In this document: one piece after another, positions 11,337 to 21,333 of the stretch
How positions within the stretch are numbered: position 1 is the stretch's first letter
Layout: each line of letters begins with the position of its first letter
NCBI GenBank assembly: GCA_038231135.1
Contig: JBBRLX010000005.1
Location: forward strand, 1-64,000
Length of the DNA: 64,000 nucleotides
From: Candidatus Eiseniibacteriota bacterium
GTDB taxonomy: Bacteria > Eisenbacteria > RBG-16-71-46
Reading direction: 5' to 3'
Translations under genes and position numbers: made by a program
Notes under the pieces: generated by a model
Told to the model about the DNA's origin: nothing
Seen by the model: the letters and a program-made list of their open reading frames with translations, nothing else
Databases searched by the model: none

Positions 11337-12215
11337 ATGTCGGACGCGCCCCAGCACGTGCCGGTTCGGCCACTGCCGATCGCGCGGCCGACGTGCGCGT
11401 TCACGGTCGACGTCGAGGATTGGTACCAGTCGAGCATGGACTACGACGCGCCGATCTCGGACCGCGTGGTCCGCAACGTCGACCGGGTATGCGCGCTGCT
11501 CGACGAGTGCGGCGTCAAGGGCACGTTCTTTATCCAGGGCAAGGTCGCCGAGGCATTCCCCGGCATGCTGCAGCAGTTGCTCCGGCTGGGCCACGAGATC
11601 CAGTCGCACGGCTACAGTCACCGGCCCCTATACGGCATGGACCGCAAGGCGCTGGCCCATGAGCTCAGCATGGCGGTGCGGACGGTGGAGGACGCATGCG
11701 GGGTGCGGGTGACCGCGTTTCGCGCTCCCGACTTCTCGATCCTGCCACAGAACCTGTGGGCGCTCGAGACGCTGGCCGAGCACGGTTTCGAGGTGGATTC
11801 GTCGATCTTCCCGATCCAGACCCGTCGCTACGGCGTGCCCGGCTGGGGATTCGAGCCGCGCCACGTGTCGCTCGGCAACGGCGCCAGCATCTTCGAAGTG
11901 CCGGTCGCGATCGGCAAGCTCGGGCCGGTGACGCTGCCGGTGGCGGGCGGCGGCTACTTCCGCCTCATGCCGCTCGCGGTGCTCGACAGCGCGATCCGCT
12001 CCATCCTCGACGCCGGCCGTCCGGTCGTGATCTACTGTCACCCCTATGAGTTCTGCCCCGAAGAGATGGACGAGTATCGTGGACGCGTCCCCACGTTCTA
12101 CCGGCTGCACCAGAGCGTCGGACGCGGCTCCCTCATCCGGCGCTTCCGGCACCTGCTCCAGGCGTTGCCGTTCGGGCGTTTCGACGACGTGATCGCGGGA
12201 TGGCCGGGCGCCTGA
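11337..12215 (+). CDS. Polysaccharide deacetylase (CE4/NodB) with DUF3473-like C-terminus; start uncertain
   Basis: FTVDVEDWY, HEIQSHGYSH, FRAPDFSI, DSSIFP, AGGGYFRL, YCHPYE. Confidence 0.85.
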   Translation: MSDAPQHVPVRPLPIARPTCAFTVDVEDWYQSSMDYDAPISDRVVRNVDRVCALLDECGVKGTFFIQGKVAEAFPGMLQQLLRLGHEIQSHGYSHRPLYGMDRKALAHELSMAVRTVEDACGVRVTAFRAPDFSILPQNLWALETLAEHGFEVDSSIFPIQTRRYGVPGWGFEPRHVSLGNGASIFEVPVAIGKLGPVTLPVAGGGYFRLMPLAVLDSAIRSILDAGRPVVIYCHPYEFCPEEMDEYRGRVPTFYRLHQSVGRGSLIRRFRHLLQALPFGRFDDVIAGWPGA

Positions 12216-12961
12216 ACCTCACGTTCCTCACCACCGACGACCCCATCTACCTGCCCGCGTTCTACGATCGCGTGTTGTCGCTCTGGGGTGATCGCACCGC
12301 CGCCGTCTACGTGGTGCCTCCGCTCTACAAGAAGCAGACGCCCGCGGATGCCGCGCTGCGGTACGCGAACACGTTCGGCTACGGCGCCGCCGCGCACCTG
12401 GCCGTCCGCGTCGTAGGCGCCAGGCTGCGGCGGGAGTCGATCGCCGCGTCGTGCGCGCGCCATCACGTGCGCTGCGAGGACATCGCCGACGTCAACGCAC
12501 CGGAGTTCATCGACCGGCTGCGCGGCGAGGCGCCCAGCGTGCTGGTCTCTGTGAGCTGCCCGCAGATCTTCAAGCGCCCGCTCATGGAGGTGCCGCCGCT
12601 CGGGATCCTCAACATCCACGGGGCGATCCTGCCGCAGTACCGCGGAGTGATGCCGAGCTTCTGGATGATGGCGAACGGTGAGCGCGAGGCGGGCGTGACG
12701 ATCTACTTCGTGGACGACAAGATCGATTCCGGCGAGCGCGTCGGGCAGCGGATCTTCCCGATCCTGCCCGCCGAGACGCTCGACGGCTTCCTCGTGCGCT
12801 CCAAGGCGCTGGCCGCCGACCTGCTGCTCGAGGTACTGGACGGCCTCGAGGGGGGGACGCTGACCCGGCAGCCGCTGGATCTGTCGGCCGGATCCTACTT
12901 CTCGTGGCCGGACGCGGACGCGGTACGCCGGTTTCGGAGCACCGGGCGCCGGATCTGGTAA
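12200..12961 (+). CDS. Formyltransferase family protein (N10-formyl-THF dependent, stand-alone domain)
   Basis: LNIHGAILPQYRGVMP, GVTI, KIDSG; no Fmt C-terminal domain. Confidence 0.85.
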   Translation: MAGRLNLTFLTTDDPIYLPAFYDRVLSLWGDRTAAVYVVPPLYKKQTPADAALRYANTFGYGAAAHLAVRVVGARLRRESIAASCARHHVRCEDIADVNAPEFIDRLRGEAPSVLVSVSCPQIFKRPLMEVPPLGILNIHGAILPQYRGVMPSFWMMANGEREAGVTIYFVDDKIDSGERVGQRIFPILPAETLDGFLVRSKALAADLLLEVLDGLEGGTLTRQPLDLSAGSYFSWPDADAVRRFRSTGRRIW

Positions 12962-13104
12962 GGTTCCGCCACCAGGACACCCCGGAAACGACGCCGGGGC
13001 GTGTGCCGCAGGGCCGGAATCTGCCGGTCCGAGGCGGCTGGACCGTTCCCTCGAGGGTGTGCTAGCTTTCGACGTTCAGGTCCCGCGTCGGCGGGCTTAT
13101 TTGT

Positions 13105-13581
13105 ATGTCAGGTTTGACGATCGAACTCGCGGGACTACCTGCCGGCGCAAGCCGTGTACGGCTCGAGGCGGAGCCCGCGGAACTGGAGCTCGACACCTCG
13201 GAATGGACCCGTCCCGTGGGGGCGGACCTCCAGGTGGAGAAGAGCGGAGAACGGCTTACGATCCGGGGCGAGCTCCGGACGGTCGCCGCTCTCGAGTGTG
13301 TGCGTTGCCTCAATCATTTCGAGATGCCGGTCATCGTGCCGCTCGACGTGTTTGCGGAACGCTCCGGCACCGGTTCCCGCCACGAGCAGGAAGAGCTCGA
13401 GCGCGACCGGTACATGAAGTTCCACGATGGGCGTAAGGTTGACCTCCGCGAGGAGGCGCACGACGCGCTGTTGCTGGAGATTCCGTTGGCGCCCTGTTGC
13501 CGGGAGGATTGCCGGGGGTTGTGCCTCCGCTGCGGCGCCGACTTGAACGAAGGGCCGTGCGCTTGCTCCGTCGACACCTGA
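13105..13581 (+). CDS. yceD: DUF177/YceD family metal-binding protein
   Basis: ECVRCL and CREDCRGLCLRCGADLN..PCAC; directly upstream of rpmF. Confidence 0.9.
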   Translation: MSGLTIELAGLPAGASRVRLEAEPAELELDTSEWTRPVGADLQVEKSGERLTIRGELRTVAALECVRCLNHFEMPVIVPLDVFAERSGTGSRHEQEELERDRYMKFHDGRKVDLREEAHDALLLEIPLAPCCREDCRGLCLRCGADLNEGPCACSVDT

Positions 13582-13623
13582 CGGTGGTCGCGCACAGCCC
13601 CGATCGACGGAGGATCCCGATTC

Positions 13624-13806
13624 ATGGCGGTACCCAAGCGCAGACACTCGTCCACGCGCGGCAAGAAGCGCCGCACGCACTGGAAGCTCACCGCTCCCGG
13701 GCTGCATCGCTGCGATCATTGCAGCAGCCCAAAGCTTCCCCATCGCGTGTGCGCCAACTGCGGCTACTACGACGGCGAAGAGATCTTCACGCCGCGCGAA
13801 GAATAA
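13624..13806 (+). CDS. rpmF: 50S ribosomal protein L32 (zinc-binding type)
   Basis: [30 protein letters not shown]. Confidence 0.97.
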   Translation: MAVPKRRHSSTRGKKRRTHWKLTAPGLHRCDHCSSPKLPHRVCANCGYYDGEEIFTPREE

Positions 13807-13828
13807 TTCCGGACATTCGATCCACATC

Positions 13829-14854
13829 ATGACCTCGATCCCGCGCATCGGCATCGACGCGATGGGGGGCGATTTCGGGCCTTCCGTCGTCGCCGAAGGC
13901 ACCGTGCTGGCCTTCCGCGAGATGCCGAACCGCTTCGAGGTCACGCTGGTCGGCGACGAGCAGGAGATCGGGCGCGCGCTGAAGCGAGTGCACGCCGACG
14001 GCCTGCCGATCCACGTGGTGCACGCCTCCGAGCGCATCGACATGGCCGAGAAGGCCGTCGCCGCGGCGCGCCGCCGCGGGCATTCGTCGCTCGGCGTGCT
14101 CACCCAGCTCCACAAGGACGGCAAGCTCGACGCGATCTTCAGCGCCGGCAACACCGGTGCCGTGGTCGCCACCGCGCTGCTCGGCCTCGGCCGGCTTGAA
14201 TCGGTGTCGCGCCCCGCGCTCGCCGCCTACATGCCGAATCCCGGCGGCGGCACGATCGTGCTCGACGTGGGCGCCAACTCCGAGTGCAAGGCGTCCTACC
14301 TCGTGCAGTTCGCGCACATGGGCTCGGTGTACGCCCGCTACCTGCTGGGGCGCGAGAATCCGCGCGTGGGCCTGCTGTCGATCGGCGAGGAGGACACCAA
14401 GGGCAACTCGCTGGTGCTCGAATCGCTGCCGCTGCTGCGCCGCGCCAAGCACCTGAACTTCATCGGCAACGTCGAGGGCCGCGACGTGTTCAAGGGCACC
14501 TGCGACGTCGTGGTGACCGACGGCTTCACGGGCAACGTGGTGCTCAAGACCGCGGAGAGCGTGGCGGGGCTGCTGGCGCACAAGGTGCGCGAGGAGCTGA
14601 ACCGCGACATGCTCGCGCGGCTGGGCGCCCTGTTCCTGATGCCGGCGCTCCGCCGGCTCAAGGCCGAGATCGACTGGGAGGAATATGGCGCGGCGCCGCT
14701 GCTCGGCGTCAACGGCGTGTGTTTCATCGGCCACGGCGCCAGCCGCTCCAAGGCGTTCCACAGCGCGATCCGCACCCTCACGCGGTTCGTCGAGCATCGG
14801 GTGAACGAGCACATTCGTGAGGAGATTCTGGCGGACCATGTCAGCGCAGCCTGA
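13829..14854 (+). CDS. plsX: Phosphate acyltransferase PlsX
   Basis: IDAMGGDFGP, SAGNTGA, LDVGAN, DGFTGNVVLK, GAAPLLGV, GHGAS. Confidence 0.96.
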   Translation: MTSIPRIGIDAMGGDFGPSVVAEGTVLAFREMPNRFEVTLVGDEQEIGRALKRVHADGLPIHVVHASERIDMAEKAVAAARRRGHSSLGVLTQLHKDGKLDAIFSAGNTGAVVATALLGLGRLESVSRPALAAYMPNPGGGTIVLDVGANSECKASYLVQFAHMGSVYARYLLGRENPRVGLLSIGEEDTKGNSLVLESLPLLRRAKHLNFIGNVEGRDVFKGTCDVVVTDGFTGNVVLKTAESVAGLLAHKVREELNRDMLARLGALFLMPALRRLKAEIDWEEYGAAPLLGVNGVCFIGHGASRSKAFHSAIRTLTRFVEHRVNEHIREEILADHVSAA

Positions 14855-15899
14855 CGCCATCCGCGGTGCGACGATCACCGGCACCGGCATGTACGTGCCG
14901 GACCGCGTGCTCACGAACGCCGACCTCGAGCGCATGGTGGAGACCTCGGACGAGTGGATCCGCGAGCGCACCGGCATCGCCGAGCGCCACATCGCAGCGG
15001 AAAACCAGGCCTCGTCGGATCTGGCGGTGGAGGCCGCGCGCGCCGCGCTCGACATGGCCCGGCTGGCCCCTGAGGACGTGGACCAGATCATCGTCGCCAC
15101 CACCACGCCCGACCGCTTCCTGCCGTCGTGCGCGTGCACGGTGCAGGCGAAGCTCGGCGCCAGGAACGCGGCGGCCTACGACGTGTTCGCGGCGTGCACC
15201 GGATTCGTGTACGGCATGGGCCTCGGGCGCGGACTGATCGGCACCGGCATCGCCGACACCGTGCTGCTGATCGGGGTCGAGACGCTGTCGCGCATCGTCG
15301 ACTACACCGATCGCAACACCTGCGTGCTGTTCGGCGACGGCGCCGGCGCCGCGGTGTTGCAGCCGTGCGCCCCCGGCGACGGCATCGTCGGCGTGTCGAT
15401 GCACAGCGACGGGGTGCTGGGCGACCTGCTCGAAGTGCCGGCCGGCGGCGCCGCGATGCCGGCCTCGCACGCCACCGTCGACGCCCGCGGGCATTTCATC
15501 CGGATGCGCGGCAAGGAACTGTTCAAGGTGGCGGTGCGCGGCATGGAGGACAGCATGCGGCAGGCGCTCGACATGGCCGGGCTCGCGGCCTCGGACCTCG
15601 ACATCGTGATCCCGCACCAGGCGAACCGGCGCATCATCGACGCCGTGTCGCAGCGGCTGCAGGTTCCGGAACAGCGCATGGTGATCAACATCGACCGGTT
15701 CGGCAACACGTCGTCGGCATCGATCCCGATCACACTCGACGAAGTCGTGCGGGCCGGGCGCGTGAAACCGGGCGATCGCGTGGGGTTCGTCGCGTTCGGC
15801 GGTGGCGCCACGTGGGGCGCATCGGTGGCGCGCTGGACACTGCCGGTCCCGGTGGGCACCGATGCCACGCTGGCGGCCGCCGCCGGAGCGCGTGCGTGA
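14838..15899 (+). CDS. fabH: Beta-ketoacyl-ACP synthase III
   Basis: AACTGF, LFGDGAGA, PHQAN, GNTSSAS. Confidence 0.96.
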   Translation: MSAQPDAIRGATITGTGMYVPDRVLTNADLERMVETSDEWIRERTGIAERHIAAENQASSDLAVEAARAALDMARLAPEDVDQIIVATTTPDRFLPSCACTVQAKLGARNAAAYDVFAACTGFVYGMGLGRGLIGTGIADTVLLIGVETLSRIVDYTDRNTCVLFGDGAGAAVLQPCAPGDGIVGVSMHSDGVLGDLLEVPAGGAAMPASHATVDARGHFIRMRGKELFKVAVRGMEDSMRQALDMAGLAASDLDIVIPHQANRRIIDAVSQRLQVPEQRMVINIDRFGNTSSASIPITLDEVVRAGRVKPGDRVGFVAFGGGATWGASVARWTLPVPVGTDATLAAAAGARA

Positions 15900-16852
15900 A
15901 GCTGGCATTCCTGTTCCCCGGCCAGGGCGCCCAGCAGGTCGGCATGGGCCGCGCGCTGGCCGACGCCCATCCCGCGGCGCGTGCGGTGTTCGACGCCGCG
16001 GATCGCGCGCTGGGCTATTCGCTCAGCGCCATCGCGTGGGAGGGGCCCGACGACGAGCTGCGCAAGACCGTGAACGCCCAGCCCGCGCTGCTCACCCACA
16101 GCGTCGCGGCGCTGCGGCTGCTCGAGGCCAAAGGCCTGCACCCGTCGTGGGTCGCGGGTCACAGCCTTGGCGAGTACTCGGCGTGCGTCGCGGCCGGCGT
16201 GCTCGCGTTCGACGACGCCGTGCGGCTCGTGCACCGGCGCGGCGAGCTGATGTACCGCGCGGGGCTCGACCACCCGGGGGCGATGGCGGCGATCCTCGGG
16301 CTCGACGCGCCGGCGATCGAGGCGGTGTGCGCGGAGGCGGCCCCGGCGGGGGTGGTGCGCGCGGCGAATCTCAATGCGCCCGGCCAGGTCGTGATCTCGG
16401 GCGAGGTGGCCGCGGTGGAGCGTGCGTGCGTGCTCGCCCGGGAACGCGGAGCGAAACGCGCGATCCGGCTCGAGGTGAGCGGCGCGTTCCATTCGCCGCT
16501 CATGGAATCGGCGGCCCGGGGGCTGTCCGAGTCGCTGCGCGCGACGCCGTTCCGCGACGCCGCGTGCCCGGTGTTCGTCAACGTGTCGGCGGCGCCGCTC
16601 ACGCAGGCGGCCGCGCTGCGCGAGGCGCTCGAGCGGCAACTGCTGGGCGCGGTGCGCTGGGAGGAGTCGATGCGCGCGCTGGCGGCCGCCGGTCCCGACG
16701 CCTGGGTCGAAGTGGGCACGGGCCGCGTGCTGCGCGGTCTGCTGCGGGGCATCGCCGGCGACGCGCGGCTGCTGGGGGCGGATGATCCCGACAGCGTGGC
16801 CGCGACGCTGCAGGCGCTGGGTGGCGTGCCGGCGGCCGGGCGGACCTCGTGA
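15896..16852 (+). CDS. fabD: Malonyl-CoA:ACP transacylase
   Basis: [27 protein letters not shown] overlap. Confidence 0.96.
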   Translation: MKLAFLFPGQGAQQVGMGRALADAHPAARAVFDAADRALGYSLSAIAWEGPDDELRKTVNAQPALLTHSVAALRLLEAKGLHPSWVAGHSLGEYSACVAAGVLAFDDAVRLVHRRGELMYRAGLDHPGAMAAILGLDAPAIEAVCAEAAPAGVVRAANLNAPGQVVISGEVAAVERACVLARERGAKRAIRLEVSGAFHSPLMESAARGLSESLRATPFRDAACPVFVNVSAAPLTQAAALREALERQLLGAVRWEESMRALAAAGPDAWVEVGTGRVLRGLLRGIAGDARLLGADDPDSVAATLQALGGVPAAGRTS

Positions 16853-17628
16853 CAGACACCGCCGGGTTGCCGATGACGGATCCCACGGCCGAACTGGCCG
16901 GCCAGGTCGCGTTCGTGACCGGCGGCGCCTCGGGCATCGGACTGGCCGTGAGCCGGGTGCTGGCGGCGCGGGGCGCGACGGTTGCCATGTTCGCGCGCAA
17001 CGCCGGACGCGCCGATGCGGCCGCGCAGTCGCTGCGCGACGCCGGCCGCGGCGCCCGCGCCTACGCGGCCGACGTGGCGGACACGGCATCGGTCGACCGG
17101 GCATTCGCGGCCGCGGTGGCCGAGCTGGGCCGCGTGGACATCCTCGTCAACAACGCCGGCACCACGCGCGACGGCAGCTTCATCCGCATGGACGACGCGC
17201 AGTGGGAGGAAGTGCTCAATACCAATCTGCAGGGGGCGTTCCGCTGCTGCCGCGCCGTGGCGCGCCCGATGATGAAGGCCCGCGCCGGCCGCATCGTGAA
17301 CATCTCGTCGGTCGTGGGACTCATGGGCAACGCGGGGCAGGCGAACTATGCGGCGTCCAAGGCGGGCCTGATCGGGCTCACCAAGTCGCTGGCCCGCGAG
17401 CTGTGCAGCCGGGCGATCACGGTGAACGCCGTGTGCCCGGGATTCATCGAAACCGACATGACGGCGCGTCTGCCCGAAGCCGCCCGCGCGGACCTGCTCG
17501 GCAGGATCCCGCTCGGGCGGCTCGGACGCGCCGAGGAAGTGGCCGAAGTGATCGCGTTCCTGGCTTCGCCGCGCGCGTCCTATGTGACCGGACAGGTCTG
17601 GACCGTCGACGGCGGCATGGTGATGTGA
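16849..17628 (+). CDS. fabG: 3-oxoacyl-ACP reductase
   Basis: [19 protein letters not shown]; alternative start ATG 16873. Confidence 0.95.
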   Translation: MTDTAGLPMTDPTAELAGQVAFVTGGASGIGLAVSRVLAARGATVAMFARNAGRADAAAQSLRDAGRGARAYAADVADTASVDRAFAAAVAELGRVDILVNNAGTTRDGSFIRMDDAQWEEVLNTNLQGAFRCCRAVARPMMKARAGRIVNISSVVGLMGNAGQANYAASKAGLIGLTKSLARELCSRAITVNAVCPGFIETDMTARLPEAARADLLGRIPLGRLGRAEEVAEVIAFLASPRASYVTGQVWTVDGGMVM

Positions 17629-17666
17629 AGCAGCTGTTCCCGAGTACCAACAAGGAGGTGAATCCA

Positions 17667-17909
17667 GTGGCAGCATTCAGTGAAGATCGGGTGAAGGAGA
17701 TCATCGCGAAGGAGCTCGAGGTCGAGGCGAAGCAGCTCACGCCCGAAGCCAAGTTCATCGAGGATCTCGGAGCCGATTCGCTCGACATCGTGGAATTGGT
17801 CATGGCGCTCGAGGAGGAGTTCGGGATCGACATCCCGGACGAGGACGCCGATAAGATGAAGACGGTCGGCGATGCCTTGAACTACCTGAAGTCGCACGCG
17901 ACTGCCTGA
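17667..17909 (+). CDS. acpP: Acyl carrier protein
   Basis: [32 protein letters not shown] before GTG 17667. Confidence 0.97.
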   Translation: MAAFSEDRVKEIIAKELEVEAKQLTPEAKFIEDLGADSLDIVELVMALEEEFGIDIPDEDADKMKTVGDALNYLKSHATA

Positions 17910-18004
17910 CCTGAACACGCCCCATCCCGCCGGATCCGCCCTCGCGCATCGCAAGACGTCGAGGGCCGGGTGCCGGCCCCGGGCTTTCCATTCGAGGTAG
18001 ATCG

Positions 18005-19252
18005 ATGTCCGAACACGGGCACCGGGTGTTCGTCACCGGGACCGGCGTGGTATCGCCGCTCGGCAACCGCACATCCGAACTCTGGAGCAACCTGATCGCC
18101 GGGAAATCCGGCGCGGGTCCGATCACGCGCTTCGACACGTCGAACTACGATACCCGGTTCGCCTGTGAGGTGCGGGACTTCAGCGTCGAGGGCATCATCG
18201 ACCGCAAGGACGCCCGGCGCATGGATCGGTTCGTCCAGTATGCCGTGGTCGCCACCCGGGAGGCGCTCGACAGCGCCGGGATCGACGTCGAGGTTCTCGA
18301 CCCGGAACGGATCGGAGTGATCGTCGGTTCGGGCATCGGCGGCATGGAGACGTTCGAGACCCAGCACAGCGTGTTGATGGAGCGTGGTCCGGCCCGCGTG
18401 AGTCCGTTGTTCATTCCCATGATGATCTCGGACATGGCCGCGGGCCAGGTCTCGATCCAGTTCGGGCTGAAGGGGCCCAATTTCTGCACCGTATCGGCAT
18501 GCGCATCGGGTGCGAACGCCATCGGAGAGGCACTGCGCCTCATCCGGGCGGGCGATGCCGACGTCATGATTGCGGGAGGCAGCGAAGCGACCATCACGCC
18601 GATGGCGCTCGCCGGTTTCGGCAATCTGCGCGCCCTGTCCACACGTAACGACGACCCCCTGCATGCCAGCCGTCCGTTCGACCAGGATCGGGACGGGTTC
18701 GTCATCGGGGAAGGCGCGGGAGTGCTCGTTCTGGAATCGGAACGGCACGCCCGAGGCCGAAACGCACCGCTGATCTGCGAGCTCAGCGGCTATGGCGCGT
18801 CCGGGGACGCGTTCCACATCACGGCGCCCAGCACCAGCGGTGAGGGCGCCGCGCGCGCGATGAAACGCGCGCTCGAGGACGCGAACTTGAACCCGGAAGA
18901 TATCCAGTACGTCAACGCCCACGGCACCTCGACCCCCGCGGGAGACCCCATCGAGGTCTTCGCGGTGAAGTCGGTGTTCGGCGAACACGCGCGCCGGATC
19001 ATGATGAGCTCGACAAAGTCCATGACGGGACACCTGCTGGGTGCCGCCGGCGGACTCGAAGCGGTGGCGGTCGCGATGACGATCGCAGAAGGGGTCGTTC
19101 CACCCACGATCAACCTGGTCCAACCGGATGCTCAATGCGACCTAGACTTCGTACCGAATCAAGCCCGCGCAGTACGCGTGACGGCCGCCCTCTCGAACTC
19201 GTTCGGGTTCGGGGGACACAACGTGACCCTGGCCATGAAGGCCCTGACGTAA
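18005..19252 (+). CDS. fabF: Beta-ketoacyl-ACP synthase II
   Basis: VSACASGANAIG, NAHGTST, KSMTGHLLGAAG, SNSFGFGGHN. Confidence 0.97.
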   Translation: MSEHGHRVFVTGTGVVSPLGNRTSELWSNLIAGKSGAGPITRFDTSNYDTRFACEVRDFSVEGIIDRKDARRMDRFVQYAVVATREALDSAGIDVEVLDPERIGVIVGSGIGGMETFETQHSVLMERGPARVSPLFIPMMISDMAAGQVSIQFGLKGPNFCTVSACASGANAIGEALRLIRAGDADVMIAGGSEATITPMALAGFGNLRALSTRNDDPLHASRPFDQDRDGFVIGEGAGVLVLESERHARGRNAPLICELSGYGASGDAFHITAPSTSGEGAARAMKRALEDANLNPEDIQYVNAHGTSTPAGDPIEVFAVKSVFGEHARRIMMSSTKSMTGHLLGAAGGLEAVAVAMTIAEGVVPPTINLVQPDAQCDLDFVPNQARAVRVTAALSNSFGFGGHNVTLAMKALT

Positions 19253-19458
19253 AGCGGCGCGGCGCGGGCCGCCGCGGCAACCGCAGCCGTTCGCGGGGAC
19301 CCCGCACACCGCAGAATCCACCGCCGCGTCCGACGCTATGGGCGTGGCTCAAGAACCTGTTCGCGCCGGCGCCCGCGCCGGCGCCCCGCAACCGTGCGCG
19401 GCAGGAGGCGCCGCCGGAACGCCCCGTCGTGTCGGGCAGCGCCCAGGAAGCGCGCCTG

Positions 19459-21174
19459 ATGGACGATTTCGAGCGCCACTACAGCATCAAGTTTCGCAAT
19501 CTGGAGCAGTTGCGCCTGGCGCTCACCCATCGCTCGTACCTGAGCGTCACCGGCAACAACCAGCGCGAGTCGAACGAGCGTCTCGAGTTTCTCGGCGATT
19601 CGGTGCTGGGGCTCGTGACGAGCGAGTTCCTGTACCTCGCGCACCCCACCGAACACGAGGGGCAGCTCACCAAGACCAAGTCGCTGCTGGTGTCCAAGGC
19701 GATCCTGTCGCGGCGGGCGCTGGCGATGGGGCTCGGCCGGTTCGTGTTCATGAGTCACTCGGAGGTGGAATCCGGCGGCCGGCAGCGGCTGTCGATCCTC
19801 GCCGACGGGTTCGAATCCGTGGTGGGCGCGATCTACCTCGATCAGGGTTTCGAGGCGGCGCGCAAGTTCATCCACGACTGGCTGCTGAGCGAGGCGAGCG
19901 AGATCGCGTCGGACAAGCGCCACACCAACTACAAGAGCCATCTGCAGGAATACGTGCAGAGCACGTTCCGCACCCATCCCGTGTACCGGATCCGCAGCGA
20001 GATGGGCCCCGACCATTCCAAGCAGTTCATGGTCGATGTCGTCGTGGGCCGGCGCACGATGGGCAGCGGCAAGGGTCGCAACAAGAAGGAGGCGGAGCAG
20101 GCGGCGGCTCGTGATGCGCTCGAAAAGGCGAATCACAAGATCGCCGAGCCGTCTCACGAGGAGATCGCCGAGCGCAACGCCGCCTCGCGTGCCCATTCGG
20201 TCGATTCCGAGACGGATGCCGGCGACGTGTCCGAGCCCCGCCGTCGCAGCCGTCGAGGCGGTCGCCGGCGCGATGCCGAGGGATCCCACGATCGGGAACC
20301 ACGGACGGGTGACGAACGTCCGCTCGAGGGCCGACCGTCGCGTCCGGAGCGTGAAGTGCGTCCGGAGCGTGAAGTGCGTCCGGACCGCGAGTCGCGTCCG
20401 GACCGCGAGTCGCGTCCGGACCGTGAGTCGCGTCCGGTGCGCGAATCGCGTCCGGACCGTGAGGCGCGTCCGGCGCGTGAATCCCGCCCGGAGCGCGAGG
20501 TGCGTCCGGAGCGCGATGCGCGTCCGGAACGGGAGCCGGCGGATGCCGGTCCGCGGCGCGAAGCGCGAAGCGGCCGGGAACGTCCGGGGCTGGGATCCCG
20601 GCCGGTGGCGGATCACGAGACGATGCCGGAGGTCGCGGCGGAGTCGCGTACACGGGAGTCGCGGGGCGCGGAGACCCCGCGTGATGCGTCGCGTTCCGTC
20701 CGCCGTCCGTTCCGGCCGGGGGATGCGGTGCCGTCCGCGCCCGCGCCTGTGGCCGAGCCATTCTGGGGCACGGGTAGCGCGAATTTCGAGGACGACGATT
20801 TCGAAGAGATCGGGCGCCCCGAGGGACCGCTCGAGGAGCGTCGTGTCGATCCCTATGCCATGACCGATCCGCGCGCGGCGGGTGAGCCGACGACGGAACA
20901 AGCGCCGGGTCCGCACTTCGGGCGCACGGTCGTGGGCCCGCTGCATTCCGGCGGTCCGGTGCGCTACGAGCCCGAGGAGTTCAACCCCGAGAGCGGGAGC
21001 GATGACTCCGACCGGGCGTCCGATCGCACCACGGGCGAATCCGCCGGGGACGAGCCGCCGGTGGATTCGAGCGCGTCCGCAGCGTCGGATGATTCGGGGG
21101 CGAAGGACTCACCGTCCGACCCGCGCTCCGCGGTCTATGGGCGGCGGGGTGGGCGCGGCCGCCGCGGTCGGTGA
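19459..21174 (+). CDS. rnc: Ribonuclease III with ~340-aa disordered C-terminal extension; start uncertain (possibly 19249)
   Basis: ALTHRS, NERLEFLGDSVL, ADGFESVVGAIYLD, dsRBD NYKSHLQEY...GPDHSKQF...KKEAEQAAA. Confidence 0.95.
   Translation: MDDFERHYSIKFRNLEQLRLALTHRSYLSVTGNNQRESNERLEFLGDSVLGLVTSEFLYLAHPTEHEGQLTKTKSLLVSKAILSRRALAMGLGRFVFMSHSEVESGGRQRLSILADGFESVVGAIYLDQGFEAARKFIHDWLLSEASEIASDKRHTNYKSHLQEYVQSTFRTHPVYRIRSEMGPDHSKQFMVDVVVGRRTMGSGKGRNKKEAEQAAARDALEKANHKIAEPSHEEIAERNAASRAHSVDSETDAGDVSEPRRRSRRGGRRRDAEGSHDREPRTGDERPLEGRPSRPEREVRPEREVRPDRESRPDRESRPDRESRPVRESRPDREARPARESRPEREVRPERDARPEREPADAGPRREARSGRERPGLGSRPVADHETMPEVAAESRTRESRGAETPRDASRSVRRPFRPGDAVPSAPAPVAEPFWGTGSANFEDDDFEEIGRPEGPLEERRVDPYAMTDPRAAGEPTTEQAPGPHFGRTVVGPLHSGGPVRYEPEEFNPESGSDDSDRASDRTTGESAGDEPPVDSSASAASDDSGAKDSPSDPRSAVYGRRGGRGRRGR
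20341..20538 (+). repeat. In-frame 18-bp tandem repeat, about 11 units (RP[E/D]RE[V/S/A])
   Basis: cgtccggagcgtgaagtg / cgtccggaccgcgagtcg units repeated head-to-tail inside rnc. Confidence 0.92.
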
Positions 21175-21190
21175 CAGAGTGACGGCCGGC

Positions 21191-21228
21191 ATAAAATGAC
21201 GAACGGGGGAGCTTGCGCTCCCCCGTTC
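21191..21228 (-). terminator. Intrinsic terminator hairpin, possibly bidirectional
   Basis: Perfect 12-bp stem GAACGGGGGAGC-GCAA-GCTCCCCCGTTC followed by GTCATTTTAT on the minus strand. Confidence 0.75.
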
Positions 21229-21323
21229 CAAGCTGCCGTCACCATCACCCAGGTCAGGCCCCTCGGTTTACCATGTCCTGTTTGCGGTGACGACAGAACC
21301 GGGTCCGCCCGTGAGCGGATTCA
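21191..21323 (-). ncRNA. Putative sigma54-dependent structured small RNA (~130 nt)
   Basis: Lies between a sigma54 promoter and a terminator; stems at 21304-21319 and 21233-21244/21285-21296; no credible ORF. Confidence 0.6.
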
Positions 21324-21333
21324 CTCAAATGAA

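Noticed and set aside
12200..12961. Calling this gene fmt
   Set aside because: It lacks the FMGTP N-terminus and the C-terminal tRNA-binding domain, and there is no def neighbour
20341..20538. 18-bp periodic repeat as a possible CRISPR array
   Set aside because: Head-to-tail units with no unique spacers, in frame within rnc, and no cas genes
21233..21296. Plus-strand CCAGGTCAGG inside a stem, resembling SRP (4.5S) RNA
   Set aside because: The required GNRA loop and AGCAG are missing, and the promoter, G-U pairs and terminator all favour the minus strand
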